A stretch of DNA of 64,000 bases from an uncultured Solirubrobacterales bacterium (GTDB lineage: Bacteria > Actinomycetota > Thermoleophilia > Solirubrobacterales > Solirubrobacteraceae). The notes under the pieces are model-generated. The model did not search any database, was not told the DNA's origin, and saw only the letters and a list, made by a program, of their open reading frames with translations. Location of the stretch: positions 102,146-166,145 of the forward strand of contig CAVSAY010000016.1 of the NCBI GenBank assembly GCA_963725925.1, in the 5' to 3' direction. A program made the position numbers and the translations under genes. This document shows positions 7,825 to 17,266 of the stretch, piece by piece; the first letter of the stretch is position 1, and the number at the start of each line of letters is the position of its first letter.

Positions 7825-9495
7825 GTGCACCCGAGGCTGATGCGCGGCCGCGTGTTCCGGATTGCGCTCGCTGTTGTCGCGGTGGCCAGCCTGGCCACGG
7901 GCGTGGCGGCGAGCTCGCAGGGGTCAGAAGCGCCCCGCCCAGAGGTCTCGCTGCCCACGCAGGCCAAGGCCTCGACCACGCATCCCGGCACACCACGGGA
8001 CCTGGTCGCGCCCACGCGGCGCCCGAACATCGTGTTCGTGCTCACCGACGACCTGTCGATGAACCTGTTGCGCTACATGCCGCACGTGCAGGCGATGCAG
8101 CGCGACGGGCTGACGTTCAACAACTACTTCGTGTCTGACTCGCTGTGCTGTCCGTCGCGCTCGTCGATCTTCACCGGCAACTTCCCGCACGACACCAAGG
8201 TGTTCAACAACGTGGGCCGGCGCGGGGGCTTCCGCCAGTTCTACGACCGCGGCGAGGAGCTGCACACGTTCGCTGTCGCGCTGCAGAACGCCGGCTACCG
8301 CACGGCGATGATGGGCAAGTACCTCAACGGCTACGGCCAGCAGAAGGGGAGCGTCCCCGGGCTCCCGTACACCTACGTCCCGCCCGGCTGGTCGGAGTGG
8401 GACGTGGCCGGGTGGGGCTATCCGGAGTTCAACTACAGCCTCAACGAAGACGGCCAGCTGCAGCAGTACGGCAGCCAGCCCAAGGACTACCTGACCGACG
8501 TCCTGGCACGCAAGGGCGTCGACTTCATCAACAGCTCGGCGGCGACCGGGCAGCCGTTCTTCCTCGAGCTCGCGACGTTCGCCCCGCATTCGCCCTACAC
8601 GCCGGCGCCGCGCGATTCCGAGGACTTCCCCGGCCTGCAGGCACCGCAGCTGCCCAACTTCAACAGGCTGCCGACCGATCCGGTTCGCTGGGAGGCTGGT
8701 CGCCCGCCGCTCGACGCCGCCCAGATCGAGCAGATCAACTCGGTGTTCCGGCGCCGCGCCCAGGCCGTTGGAGCCGTCGACCAGATGATCGGGCAGGTCG
8801 AGGGGGCGCTTGCGGCCAACGGGCTGAGCGACGACACCTACATCGTGTTCAGCTCCGACAACGGGCTACATACCGGCGAGTACCGCCTGATGCCGGGCAA
8901 GATGACCGCGTTCGACACCGACATCCACGTGCCGCTGGTGATCTCGGGGCCAGGGATCCCTGCGGGCACGACCACCAACGCGATGTCCGAGAACGTGGAC
9001 CTGGCCAAGACCTTCACGCAGATCGGGGGCACCAACCTCCCGGGCGACGGGCACAGCCTGATGCCGCTGTTCGGTGGCCTGGCTCCCGGCGATTGGCGAA
9101 ACGCGGTCCTCGTCGAGCACCGCGGGCCGCATCTGATCGCCTCAGACCCCGACTTCCAGCGGTCCGCAAGCGGAAATCCCACCAGCTACGAGGCGATGCG
9201 CACCAATCGCTTCCTGTATGTCGAGTACTCAGACGGCGAGCGCGAGATCTACAACCTCGTCAACGATCCGTTCGAGCTGCACAACCTGGCCGGAAGCCTC
9301 ACGCTGCTGCAACTCGAGGAGCTCCACGCCGAGCTGCTCAATCTGGAGCGCTGCCACGACGGGCTCACCTGCTGGGCGGCGATGCACGTCCAGGCGCCGC
9401 CAGGCCTGATCAGCTCGCTGCGCCGGGCCCGGCGCCCCGGCGCCCTGCTGCGCCGCCGGCACCACCGCCTTAAGCAGGTCCTTACGAGCGCCTGA
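7825..9495 (+). CDS. Secreted Cys-type sulfatase (N-acetylglucosamine-6-sulfatase-like)
   Basis: PNIVFVLTDD, LCCPSRSSIFTG (CxPxR formylglycine motif), GKYLNGY, FSSDNG; N-terminal signal peptide. Confidence 0.92.
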   Translation: MHPRLMRGRVFRIALAVVAVASLATGVAASSQGSEAPRPEVSLPTQAKASTTHPGTPRDLVAPTRRPNIVFVLTDDLSMNLLRYMPHVQAMQRDGLTFNNYFVSDSLCCPSRSSIFTGNFPHDTKVFNNVGRRGGFRQFYDRGEELHTFAVALQNAGYRTAMMGKYLNGYGQQKGSVPGLPYTYVPPGWSEWDVAGWGYPEFNYSLNEDGQLQQYGSQPKDYLTDVLARKGVDFINSSAATGQPFFLELATFAPHSPYTPAPRDSEDFPGLQAPQLPNFNRLPTDPVRWEAGRPPLDAAQIEQINSVFRRRAQAVGAVDQMIGQVEGALAANGLSDDTYIVFSSDNGLHTGEYRLMPGKMTAFDTDIHVPLVISGPGIPAGTTTNAMSENVDLAKTFTQIGGTNLPGDGHSLMPLFGGLAPGDWRNAVLVEHRGPHLIASDPDFQRSASGNPTSYEAMRTNRFLYVEYSDGEREIYNLVNDPFELHNLAGSLTLLQLEELHAELLNLERCHDGLTCWAAMHVQAPPGLISSLRRARRPGALLRRRHHRLKQVLTSA

Positions 9496-9511
9496 CTAGA
9501 ATCTCCGCCGC

Positions 9512-11455
9512 ATGCGCCGGCGGATCAGATCCGCGGCCTTTCCTGTCCACCGCCATTCAATCCCGCAGCTGCTGGTGGACGGGCTATTGGTCGCGCTCGC
9601 CTACTTTCTCGCCTTCAGGCTCAGGTTTGAAGGTGCGGGACCGACCCGTTATGAACACCTGTTCAACTCGACGGTGTGGTGGGTCGTGCCCGTCTCGATG
9701 GTCGTGCTCGCGCTGTTCGGCCTGTACGAGCGGCTGTGGACGTACGTCGGTCAGCGCGACTACGAGGCGGTGGTCAAGGGCGTAATCGTCGCGACCGTCG
9801 TCGTCAGCGGCGTAATCGCGCTGCTGCACCCCGTGCAGACGTCCTCGCGGGGGCTGTCGAGCCCCGTGACGCTGCCCGCCAGCGTGATCGCGTTGTTCTT
9901 CCTGCTGATGCTGGTGCTGCTGCTCGGCGCGCGCTTCTTCGTGCACCTGATCATCGAGGGCCGGACCCGCAGCTTCCGTGTGCAGAAGGGCGCCCGCGAC
10001 GTGCTGATCGTGGGCGGCGGCGACGGCGGCCGCCTGGTCGTGCGCGAGCTCGCGCGCAACCAGCAGCTGCGGATGCGGCCGGTCGGGTTCATCGACGACG
10101 ATCCGCGCAAGCAGGGGATCAAGGACGAGCACGGCCTCAAGGTGCTCGGCACCACCTCCACTGACGATCTCGCGAGGATCCTCGACGAGGTCGAGCCCGA
10201 CGAGGTCGTGATCGCGATCCCGTCGGCGCCGGGGACGCTGCGCGCACGCGTCGTGGCCGCTTGCCGCAAGCGCGGGATCCCGGTCCGCACGATGCCGACG
10301 GTGTTCGAGCTGCTGGCCGACGGATCGGGTCAGCTGAAGGTCACGCGCCAGCTGCGCGAGGTCCGCGTCGAGGACATGCTCGGCCGCGAGCCGGTTCGCA
10401 TGGAGCTCGAGCGTGTCGGCGCCTACCTCGCCAACGAGGTGATCATGGTGACCGGCGCCGGAGGGTCGATCGGCAGCGAGCTGTGCCGCCAGATCGCGCG
10501 CGTGAACCCCAAGCGCCTGGTGCTCGTCGACCATGCCGAGGACAACCTGTTCGAGATCGTGCGCGAGCTCGAGGAGGACCGCCACGTGCGCACCGCGGTC
10601 CCGGTGCTCGCCGACTGCAAGGAGGAGGAACGGATGCGGGAGGTGCTCACCGAGCACCGGCCGGCCGTCGTCTTCCACGCCGCCGCCTACAAGCACGTGA
10701 CGATGATGGAGCTCAACCCGGTCGAGGCGATTCGCAACAACGCGCTCGCCACTCGCCTGGTCGCGCAGATCGCCGGCGAGCTCGGCGTCGGCGCGTTCGT
10801 GCTCATCTCCACCGACAAGGCCGTCAAGCCCGCGACCGTGATGGGCGCCTCCAAGGCGCTCGCGGAATGGGCCGTGGAAGCCGCGGCGGTGCGCTATCCG
10901 AACACCCGCTACGCGACCGTCCGGTTCGGCAACGTCCTCGGGTCGTCGGGCTCGGTGGTACCGATCTTCCGGCGCCAGATCGCCGCCGGCGGTCCGGTGA
11001 CGGTCACCGACCCGCGGATGACCCGGTACTTCATGACGATTCCGGAGGCCGTGCAACTCGTGATCCGCGCCGGCTCACTGGCCGAGCGAAGCGGCGAGGT
11101 GTACGTGCTGGAGATGGGTGACTCGATCAAGATCATCGAGCTTGCCGAGACGATGATCCGGCTCTCGGGGCTCGAGCCCGAGCGCGACATCGCGATCGAG
11201 ATCGTCGGCGCCCGGCCGGGGGAGAAGTTCCACGAGGACCTGTTCAACCCCTACGAGCGCCCGCAGCCGACGCCGGTGCAACGGATCCTGCGCGCCCAGC
11301 GTGAGCCGCTGGATCCTCAGTGGACGGCTCAGACCTTTGCCGACATCAACCTTCTGGTGCTGGAAGGAGATGCGGCAGCGCTCGCCGAACACGTCTCGAA
11401 GCTTTCGGGCACCCGGCTGGCGGTTGCTGAATCTAGCGCCCGGACCGCTCCCTAG
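9512..11455 (+). CDS. CapD/PglF-like membrane nucleoside-diphosphate sugar 4,6-dehydratase
   Basis: Four N-terminal TM segments; VTGAGGSIGSEL, FHAAAYKHV, ISTDKAV, MGASK, RFGNVLGSSGSV, GARPGEK. Confidence 0.93.
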   Translation: MRRRIRSAAFPVHRHSIPQLLVDGLLVALAYFLAFRLRFEGAGPTRYEHLFNSTVWWVVPVSMVVLALFGLYERLWTYVGQRDYEAVVKGVIVATVVVSGVIALLHPVQTSSRGLSSPVTLPASVIALFFLLMLVLLLGARFFVHLIIEGRTRSFRVQKGARDVLIVGGGDGGRLVVRELARNQQLRMRPVGFIDDDPRKQGIKDEHGLKVLGTTSTDDLARILDEVEPDEVVIAIPSAPGTLRARVVAACRKRGIPVRTMPTVFELLADGSGQLKVTRQLREVRVEDMLGREPVRMELERVGAYLANEVIMVTGAGGSIGSELCRQIARVNPKRLVLVDHAEDNLFEIVRELEEDRHVRTAVPVLADCKEEERMREVLTEHRPAVVFHAAAYKHVTMMELNPVEAIRNNALATRLVAQIAGELGVGAFVLISTDKAVKPATVMGASKALAEWAVEAAAVRYPNTRYATVRFGNVLGSSGSVVPIFRRQIAAGGPVTVTDPRMTRYFMTIPEAVQLVIRAGSLAERSGEVYVLEMGDSIKIIELAETMIRLSGLEPERDIAIEIVGARPGEKFHEDLFNPYERPQPTPVQRILRAQREPLDPQWTAQTFADINLLVLEGDAAALAEHVSKLSGTRLAVAESSARTAP

Positions 11456-11466
11456 ACTGCGCACGA

Positions 11467-12642
11467 ATGGCGAATCTTCCTCTCGCCTTATCCGTCCACC
11501 ACTTCGTCAACTCGGTGGGCGCCGACGCCGGTTTTGCCGCGATCATCGGCTTGGCGATCCTCGTCCTGCTCTATTTCGCGCAGGCTCGCGAGACCGCCAA
11601 CCTGCGCGAGCAGGCCTACGAGGCCGCGCAACGCGTGGCACAGCTCGAGGCGCGGCTGACCAGCCTTGCGCGCCAGCAGGCCGCAGCGGCACAGGTCGCT
11701 CCCGCCCGGGCCGTCCAGGCCGGAGGCGTGCGCGCGCCTGCTCCGGCTCCAGCGTTCGCGGGCGCCGTGGCGATGGCCCCCGGCCCGCCGGCCGGCGTTG
11801 CGGCACCGGCGTTGGCAGCGGCCACCAGGCTGATTCCCGCGACTCCCGTCGCCGAGCCTCAGCCCACCTACGACGAGCACGGCGTCGCCGAGCCGGCCGC
11901 ACAACCGGTCGACGACACGGCGCTGGGCAGCCTCCCGCCCGCAACGGCGGCCGCCGTCGGTGGCAACGGCTCCTCCAAGGGCGCCGTGGCGTCGCCGCCG
12001 CGGGTCACCCCGCCACCGCGAGGAGTGCTGGCGACCGCGGGAGGCGGACGTCCCGCGCAGGCAGCCCGCCGGCCGGGTGCGGCGTCCGCGGCGGCCGGTC
12101 GCGCAGCGGTGGCGCCGCCGCCGCGGTTCTCCGAGCCGCCGCGCAAGCGGAATCTCGGTCTGCGGATCGCGCTCCTAGCCGCGGGCGCGCTTGTGATCGC
12201 GGCGATCGTGGTTGCATTGCTGCACTTCACCAGCAGCGGCGGCAGCCCCAACTCGACGCGCGCGTCGAACACGAGCAATGCGCCCAGCACAACGACGTCG
12301 CGGCGCAAGCGCACCGTGGCGGTGGCGCCGTCGACCGTCACGGTGTCGGTGCTCAACGGAACCGCGAGCAACGGCCTCGCGGGCAGGATCTCCAACCAGC
12401 TGACGAGCGCCGGCTACAAGCAGGGACGGGTCGCCACCGCTTCGGACCAGACACGGACCGCGACGATCGTGGCGTACATGCCGGGCCACAAGACCGAGGC
12501 GCTGGCGGTCGCGAAGTCGCTGAAGCTGGGGCCTGCATCGGTACAGCCCGTCGATCCAGCCACGCAGGCCGTCGCCTGCCCGGTGTCGACCCAGTGCACG
12601 TCACAGGTCGTTGTGACGGTCGGAACCGACCTCGCGGCTTAG
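11467..12642 (+). CDS. LytR C-terminal domain membrane protein with Pro/Ala-rich linker
   Basis: N-terminal TM, low-complexity linker, second TM, then VSVLNGTASNGLAG...VVVTVGTD (LytR_C). Confidence 0.8.
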   Translation: MANLPLALSVHHFVNSVGADAGFAAIIGLAILVLLYFAQARETANLREQAYEAAQRVAQLEARLTSLARQQAAAAQVAPARAVQAGGVRAPAPAPAFAGAVAMAPGPPAGVAAPALAAATRLIPATPVAEPQPTYDEHGVAEPAAQPVDDTALGSLPPATAAAVGGNGSSKGAVASPPRVTPPPRGVLATAGGGRPAQAARRPGAASAAAGRAAVAPPPRFSEPPRKRNLGLRIALLAAGALVIAAIVVALLHFTSSGGSPNSTRASNTSNAPSTTTSRRKRTVAVAPSTVTVSVLNGTASNGLAGRISNQLTSAGYKQGRVATASDQTRTATIVAYMPGHKTEALAVAKSLKLGPASVQPVDPATQAVACPVSTQCTSQVVVTVGTDLAA

Positions 12643-12651
12643 AAGCCGCCC

Positions 12652-13422
12652 ATGGATCACACGATGCGCGACCTGCTCGATCTGCCCGATCGCACGGCGA
12701 AGCCTCGCCAGGACGGGATCACGCACGTCCTCGACAAGGGGCTGTCGGTCGCCGAGGTCGACGGCATGATCGAGGTCGCCGGGGCATCGGTCGACATCGT
12801 CAAGCTCGGCTGGGGCACTGCCGTGGCGACCGAGAACCTCGACCGCAAGCTCGCGCGCTATCGCGAGCACGGCATCCCGGTGGTGCTCGGCGGGACGCTC
12901 ACCGAGCTCGCGATCGCCCGGGACCGGCTCGACGAGCTGATCGCCTGGGCGCGGGACCTGGGCCTCGCGCACTTCGAGATCTCCGACGGCACGATCGCGC
13001 TGGAGCACGACCGCAAGCTCGAGCTGATCTCGAAGCTCGCGCAGGACTTCTCGGTGCTCTCCGAGGTCGGCTCCAAGGACGATACGGGCGCGATCACGCC
13101 GCCCTACCGCTGGGTGGAGATGATGCTCCAGGAGCTCGAGGCCGGCGCGTGGAAGGTGATCGCCGAGGGCCGCGAATCGGGCACCGCCGGGATCTTCCGC
13201 CCCACCGAGGAGGTGAGAGAGGGGCTGATCGACGAGATCGTCCACGGCGTCGACCAGCACCGGATCATGTTCGACGCCCCTCGCAAGCACCAGCAGGTGT
13301 GGTTCATCCGGCGCTTCGGTCCAGACGTCAACCTCTCGAACATCGCTCCCGACGACGTGCTCGCGCTGGAGACGCTGCGACTGGGGTTGCGCTCGGACAC
13401 CCTCGGCATCAGCCGGCAGTGA
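12652..13422 (+). CDS. comA: Phosphosulfolactate synthase (ComA family)
   Basis: KLGWGT, EISDG, SEVGSK, EGRESG and LETLRLGLRSDT are ComA family motifs. Confidence 0.9.
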   Translation: MDHTMRDLLDLPDRTAKPRQDGITHVLDKGLSVAEVDGMIEVAGASVDIVKLGWGTAVATENLDRKLARYREHGIPVVLGGTLTELAIARDRLDELIAWARDLGLAHFEISDGTIALEHDRKLELISKLAQDFSVLSEVGSKDDTGAITPPYRWVEMMLQELEAGAWKVIAEGRESGTAGIFRPTEEVREGLIDEIVHGVDQHRIMFDAPRKHQQVWFIRRFGPDVNLSNIAPDDVLALETLRLGLRSDTLGISRQ

Positions 13423-13973
13423 ACCTCGAGGGCGTGTTTCTCGCCCGCCACGGCGAGACCAACGACAACCTCGAGCCGATCCGCGTCCAGGGGTTCACAG
13501 ACACGCCGCTCAACGACACCGGGCGCCGCCAGGCCGCCGAGCTGGCCGAGCGCGTCGCCGGCATGGGAATCCGTTCGCTGTGGGCCTCCGACCTCAGCCG
13601 CGCGACCGAGACCGCGCGGATCGTCGGCGCTCGGATCGGGATGGAGCCGCGTCTGGACCCGCGGCTGCGGGAGGCCAACCGGGGCGAGTGGGAGGGCTAC
13701 CGGTTCATCGACATCGCGCGCGATGACCCCGACGGATACGCGGCGTGGCTGCGCGCGGGTGAGTCGTTCCGGTTCCCGGGCGGCGAGTCGCTGCGCGATC
13801 AGCTCGACCGGGTGACGGCCGCGGCGCAGGACATCCACCGCACCGGCGAGCTGCCTGCCCTGGCGGTGTGTCACGGCGGATCGATCCGCGTGATGCTCTG
13901 CCGCCGCGATCCGCGCGGGCTCGACGCCTTCCACGAGTTCAAGGTCCCCAACGTGGCGGTGGTGGCGCTGTGA
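13419..13973 (+). CDS. Histidine phosphatase (phosphoglycerate mutase superfamily)
   Basis: GTG start overlaps the comA stop; LARHGET, LREANRGEWEG, VCHGGSIR. Confidence 0.88.
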   Translation: MNLEGVFLARHGETNDNLEPIRVQGFTDTPLNDTGRRQAAELAERVAGMGIRSLWASDLSRATETARIVGARIGMEPRLDPRLREANRGEWEGYRFIDIARDDPDGYAAWLRAGESFRFPGGESLRDQLDRVTAAAQDIHRTGELPALAVCHGGSIRVMLCRRDPRGLDAFHEFKVPNVAVVAL

Positions 13974-15772
13974 GCAAGCTGCCGGTCATCGCGTTCGCGT
14001 CGCTCGCGGCCGCGACGGTCGGCGCATTCTTCGTCACCCAGCACCTGAAGGTCACCACGCCGCTGATCTCCGGCTTCCCGGCCCCGGCCCCGTCGTGGAT
14101 CAATCCCGTCGACGGCAAGGTGTGCGGCGGCGTCGGCCACAGGAAGATGTTCGTGTCCTTCTATCTGCAGCACCGCTCCGACGACGTCGACGTGTACGTC
14201 GTCGACCAAGGCGGCACGATCGTCCGCACGCTGGCCTCGGGCCGGCACATGCGCCGCGGCGTGCGAACGCCGGACGGAGTCTTCTCCTGGAACGGCCGCG
14301 AGGACAACGGCCAGGTCGCGCCCGACGGCGTCTACTACATCCGCGTCGCGCTGATCCACCAGGGCCGCACGGCGGATATCTCCAACCAGGCCGGACCGTT
14401 GCCGGTCACCGTGCGCACGATCCCGCCGCGCCCGAAGGTGACCGGTGTGTCGCCGTCGCTGATCCCGCAGGGGGATCGCCCGGTGACGATCCATTACACG
14501 GGCAACCAGCATCAGGGCACGACGATCCTCCTCTACCGGACCGACCTGCCGGGCGCGCCGATGGTCAAGAGCTTCCGGACCGCCGGTGGCGCGCGCAGCG
14601 CCGTGTGGGACGGCAAGATCCACGGGCGCCCGGCGCCCGCGGGCACTTACCTGGTCGGCCTCGAAGTGACCGATCGCGCCTGCAACACGGGGCGCTTCCC
14701 GCTCGTGGTCCCGCCCGCGCCGGGCACGACCCCGCACGCCGGCGTGACCGTGCGCTACCTCGCCGCCGAGCCGCCGTCGCGTCCGGTCCCCGCGGGCTCG
14801 GACACGACCGTGTACGTCGACGCGCGCCAGCAGCCCTACCACTGGGCGCTGCGCCGGGCGGGCGCCAAGAAGATCCTCGCGAGGGGCACCACCTCGGACT
14901 TCACGCTGAATCTGAAGGTGCCGTCGGGACCGGCCGGCCTGTATCAGCTGGCGCTGCGCTCGGGCGGCAACCGGACGGTGGTTCCGATCGTCGCCAGCGT
15001 GCCGGCCGTGACCCACGGGCCGCGCGTGCTGGTCGTCCTGCCCGCGCTCACGTGGCAGGGGCGCAACCCCGTCGACGACGACGGCGACGGCGTGCCGGAC
15101 ACGCTCGAGAACGGCGACTCGATCGCGCTTGACCGGCCGCTGGCCAACGGCTATCCCGCGGGGGCGGTCGACGAGGGCGGGCTGCTGGCATACCTCGACA
15201 AGACTCACCGTGCCTACGACCTGACGACCGACGTCGGCCTGGTCTCGGGCTTCGGGCCCACCCTGCAGGGCCACACCGGCGTGATCCTCGCGGGGAGCCT
15301 GCGCTGGCTGCCGGGCTCGCTGGCGACGACATTGCGCGCATACGTGGCAAACGGAGGCCACGTGGTGTCGATCGGGACCGACTCGATGCTGCGCTCGGTC
15401 ACCGTCGCGGGCCAGCACGCGCTGCGCCCGAGCAAGCCGGCCGCCGCCGACCCGCTCGGCGCCAAGCCGGGCGCGGTGGTCCTGCACTCGAGCAACCTGA
15501 TCACGGTGATCCGCGACGGCCTGGGGATCTTCGCGCAGACGTCGGGCGCGTTTCCGGGCTTTCACAACTACCAGTCGATCCCCGCGGTGGCCCCTCCAGG
15601 GCAAGTCGCATCGGAGGCCGGCGCGACGACCAGCGCGCCGAGCATCGTCGGCTACCGGCTCGAGCGCGGGACCGTGGTCGACATCGGCTTGATCGGATTC
15701 GGATCGAGCCTCGCACACAACGTCGACGCCCAGGAGCTGACGAACAGTCTCTGGAAGATGCTGTCCCGATAG
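13970..15772 (+). CDS. Exported protein with FlgD Ig-like domains and an N,N-dimethylformamidase-beta-like C-terminal domain
   Basis: GTG start overlaps the upstream stop. Signal/TM segment, FSWNGREDNG and VWDGKIHG (FlgD_ig-like), RVLVVLPALTWQGRN motif. Confidence 0.6.
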   Translation: MSKLPVIAFASLAAATVGAFFVTQHLKVTTPLISGFPAPAPSWINPVDGKVCGGVGHRKMFVSFYLQHRSDDVDVYVVDQGGTIVRTLASGRHMRRGVRTPDGVFSWNGREDNGQVAPDGVYYIRVALIHQGRTADISNQAGPLPVTVRTIPPRPKVTGVSPSLIPQGDRPVTIHYTGNQHQGTTILLYRTDLPGAPMVKSFRTAGGARSAVWDGKIHGRPAPAGTYLVGLEVTDRACNTGRFPLVVPPAPGTTPHAGVTVRYLAAEPPSRPVPAGSDTTVYVDARQQPYHWALRRAGAKKILARGTTSDFTLNLKVPSGPAGLYQLALRSGGNRTVVPIVASVPAVTHGPRVLVVLPALTWQGRNPVDDDGDGVPDTLENGDSIALDRPLANGYPAGAVDEGGLLAYLDKTHRAYDLTTDVGLVSGFGPTLQGHTGVILAGSLRWLPGSLATTLRAYVANGGHVVSIGTDSMLRSVTVAGQHALRPSKPAAADPLGAKPGAVVLHSSNLITVIRDGLGIFAQTSGAFPGFHNYQSIPAVAPPGQVASEAGATTSAPSIVGYRLERGTVVDIGLIGFGSSLAHNVDAQELTNSLWKMLSR

Positions 15773-15781
15773 GCCCCGCCC

Positions 15782-17266
15782 GTGCTTGCGTATCTGAAGC
15801 GGCTGGTCACCACGCTGGCGGCGTACCAGATCGCGGACGTCGTCTCGAAGTTCATCGCCGTCCTGCTGCTGCCGGTGTACACGCGCTACATCGACCCGGC
15901 CGGCTACGGCGAAGTCGAGCTGCTCGCCAACGGGGTGATCTTCATCAGCATCGTGGTGCGCTTCGGGATGATCGAGGCGTTCCTGCGCTTCTACTTCACC
16001 GACGCCGACCAAAGCCGTCGCGACGCCCTGACGCGGCGCGCGGTGGCGTTCACGCTGATCGCCACGACGATCGTCTCGCTGATCCTCGCGGCCGCAGCCG
16101 AGCCGCTGTCAAATCTCGTCCTCGGTCACGACGACGCCGCGATCTTCCGGGTCGCGGTGCTGGGGCTGTGGGCGTTCACCAACCTCGAGCTGGCCTACGG
16201 GATCCTCCGCGTCGACGAGCGCGTGCGCATCTACGCGATCGCGTCGCTGACCAACGTGCTGATGACCGTGGCCGGCTCGCTCGTGCTGGTGGTCGCGCTG
16301 GACCAGGGTCCGAAGGGCCTGCTGCTCGCCAACTACGGCGCGTCCACGCTCGTGCTCCTCGGCCTCTGGTGGGTGATGCGCGGCCGCCTGCGCCCCAGGC
16401 GCAGGACGAACGCCGGCGGCGCCGAGCGGCTGGCGCCGCTGCTGCGCTTCGGCCTGCCGACGGTGCCCGCGGAGGCCTCGGTGTACGCGCTCAGCCTGAT
16501 CGACCGCTTCTACCTGTACCACAGCAGCAGCCCGTCGGTGGCCGGCCTGTACTCGATCGCGGTCAAGCTCGCGGGCGCGGTCGCGTTCATCGTCCGCGCG
16601 TTCCAGTACGCGTGGCCGCCGCTGGCCTACTCGGTCACCGACGACGCCGAGGCCGCGCGCCTGTACGGCCTGGTGACGACCTACTACGTGCTGATCAGCG
16701 GGTGGGTGGTGGCGGGCCTCGCGCTCGGAGGCCGGTGGGTGGTGCGGCTGCTCACCGCGCCGTCGTTCTATGACGCCTACAAGGCGTTGCCGTGGGTCGC
16801 GCTGGGCTGGGCCATGTATGGGCTGTGGGTGGTGTTCCTGGTCATCGCGGGACGCGCCCATGTCACCACGCGCAACTTCCCGGCCGCGATCGCGGGGCTG
16901 GCAGCCAACGTGGTGCTGCTGCTCGTGCTGGTCCCGCCGCTGGGAATCGCCGGCGCCGGCATCGCCCTGTGTGGCGCGTACGTGGCGATGCTGGGCGTGA
17001 TGCACGTGCTGACCCGCAAGCTGTTCGAGGTCGCGTTCGAGTGGCGCCGGCTGGCGCACATCGTGCTCGTGATGGGCGGGATCGCCGCAGTCGGCGACCT
17101 GGTGCTGCCGACGCACGGAGCGGTGGGGCTGCTGTCGCGCATCGCGGCCTTCCTGGCGATCGTGCCGTTGCTGTACCTGACGGGCTTCGCCCACCCGCAG
17201 GAGGTCGGTAACCTGCGCCGCGTGCTCGGCCGCGTCGGGGCCGGATCCCGAGGTAGGGCCGCATGA
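15782..17266 (+). CDS. Wzx/MATE-like oligosaccharide flippase
   Basis: About 12-14 hydrophobic helices; LLPVYTRYI..YG, DRFYL, GLYSIAVKLA, FQYAWPP. Confidence 0.87.
   Translation: MLAYLKRLVTTLAAYQIADVVSKFIAVLLLPVYTRYIDPAGYGEVELLANGVIFISIVVRFGMIEAFLRFYFTDADQSRRDALTRRAVAFTLIATTIVSLILAAAAEPLSNLVLGHDDAAIFRVAVLGLWAFTNLELAYGILRVDERVRIYAIASLTNVLMTVAGSLVLVVALDQGPKGLLLANYGASTLVLLGLWWVMRGRLRPRRRTNAGGAERLAPLLRFGLPTVPAEASVYALSLIDRFYLYHSSSPSVAGLYSIAVKLAGAVAFIVRAFQYAWPPLAYSVTDDAEAARLYGLVTTYYVLISGWVVAGLALGGRWVVRLLTAPSFYDAYKALPWVALGWAMYGLWVVFLVIAGRAHVTTRNFPAAIAGLAANVVLLLVLVPPLGIAGAGIALCGAYVAMLGVMHVLTRKLFEVAFEWRRLAHIVLVMGGIAAVGDLVLPTHGAVGLLSRIAAFLAIVPLLYLTGFAHPQEVGNLRRVLGRVGAGSRGRAA

Noticed and set aside
11301-13418. 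890-aa ORF 11301-13973 as a single protein
   Set aside because: Only the C-terminal part from GTG 13419 is a histidine phosphatase; the rest is an off-frame read through the LytR_C gene and comA.
12652-13422. Complete coenzyme M pathway
   Set aside because: No comB, comC or comDE, and no alkene or methanogenesis genes in the window.
13871-16012. 713-aa antisense ORF over the FlgD-like gene and flippase
   Set aside because: High-GC shadow frame, Arg/Ala-rich, no recognisable motifs.
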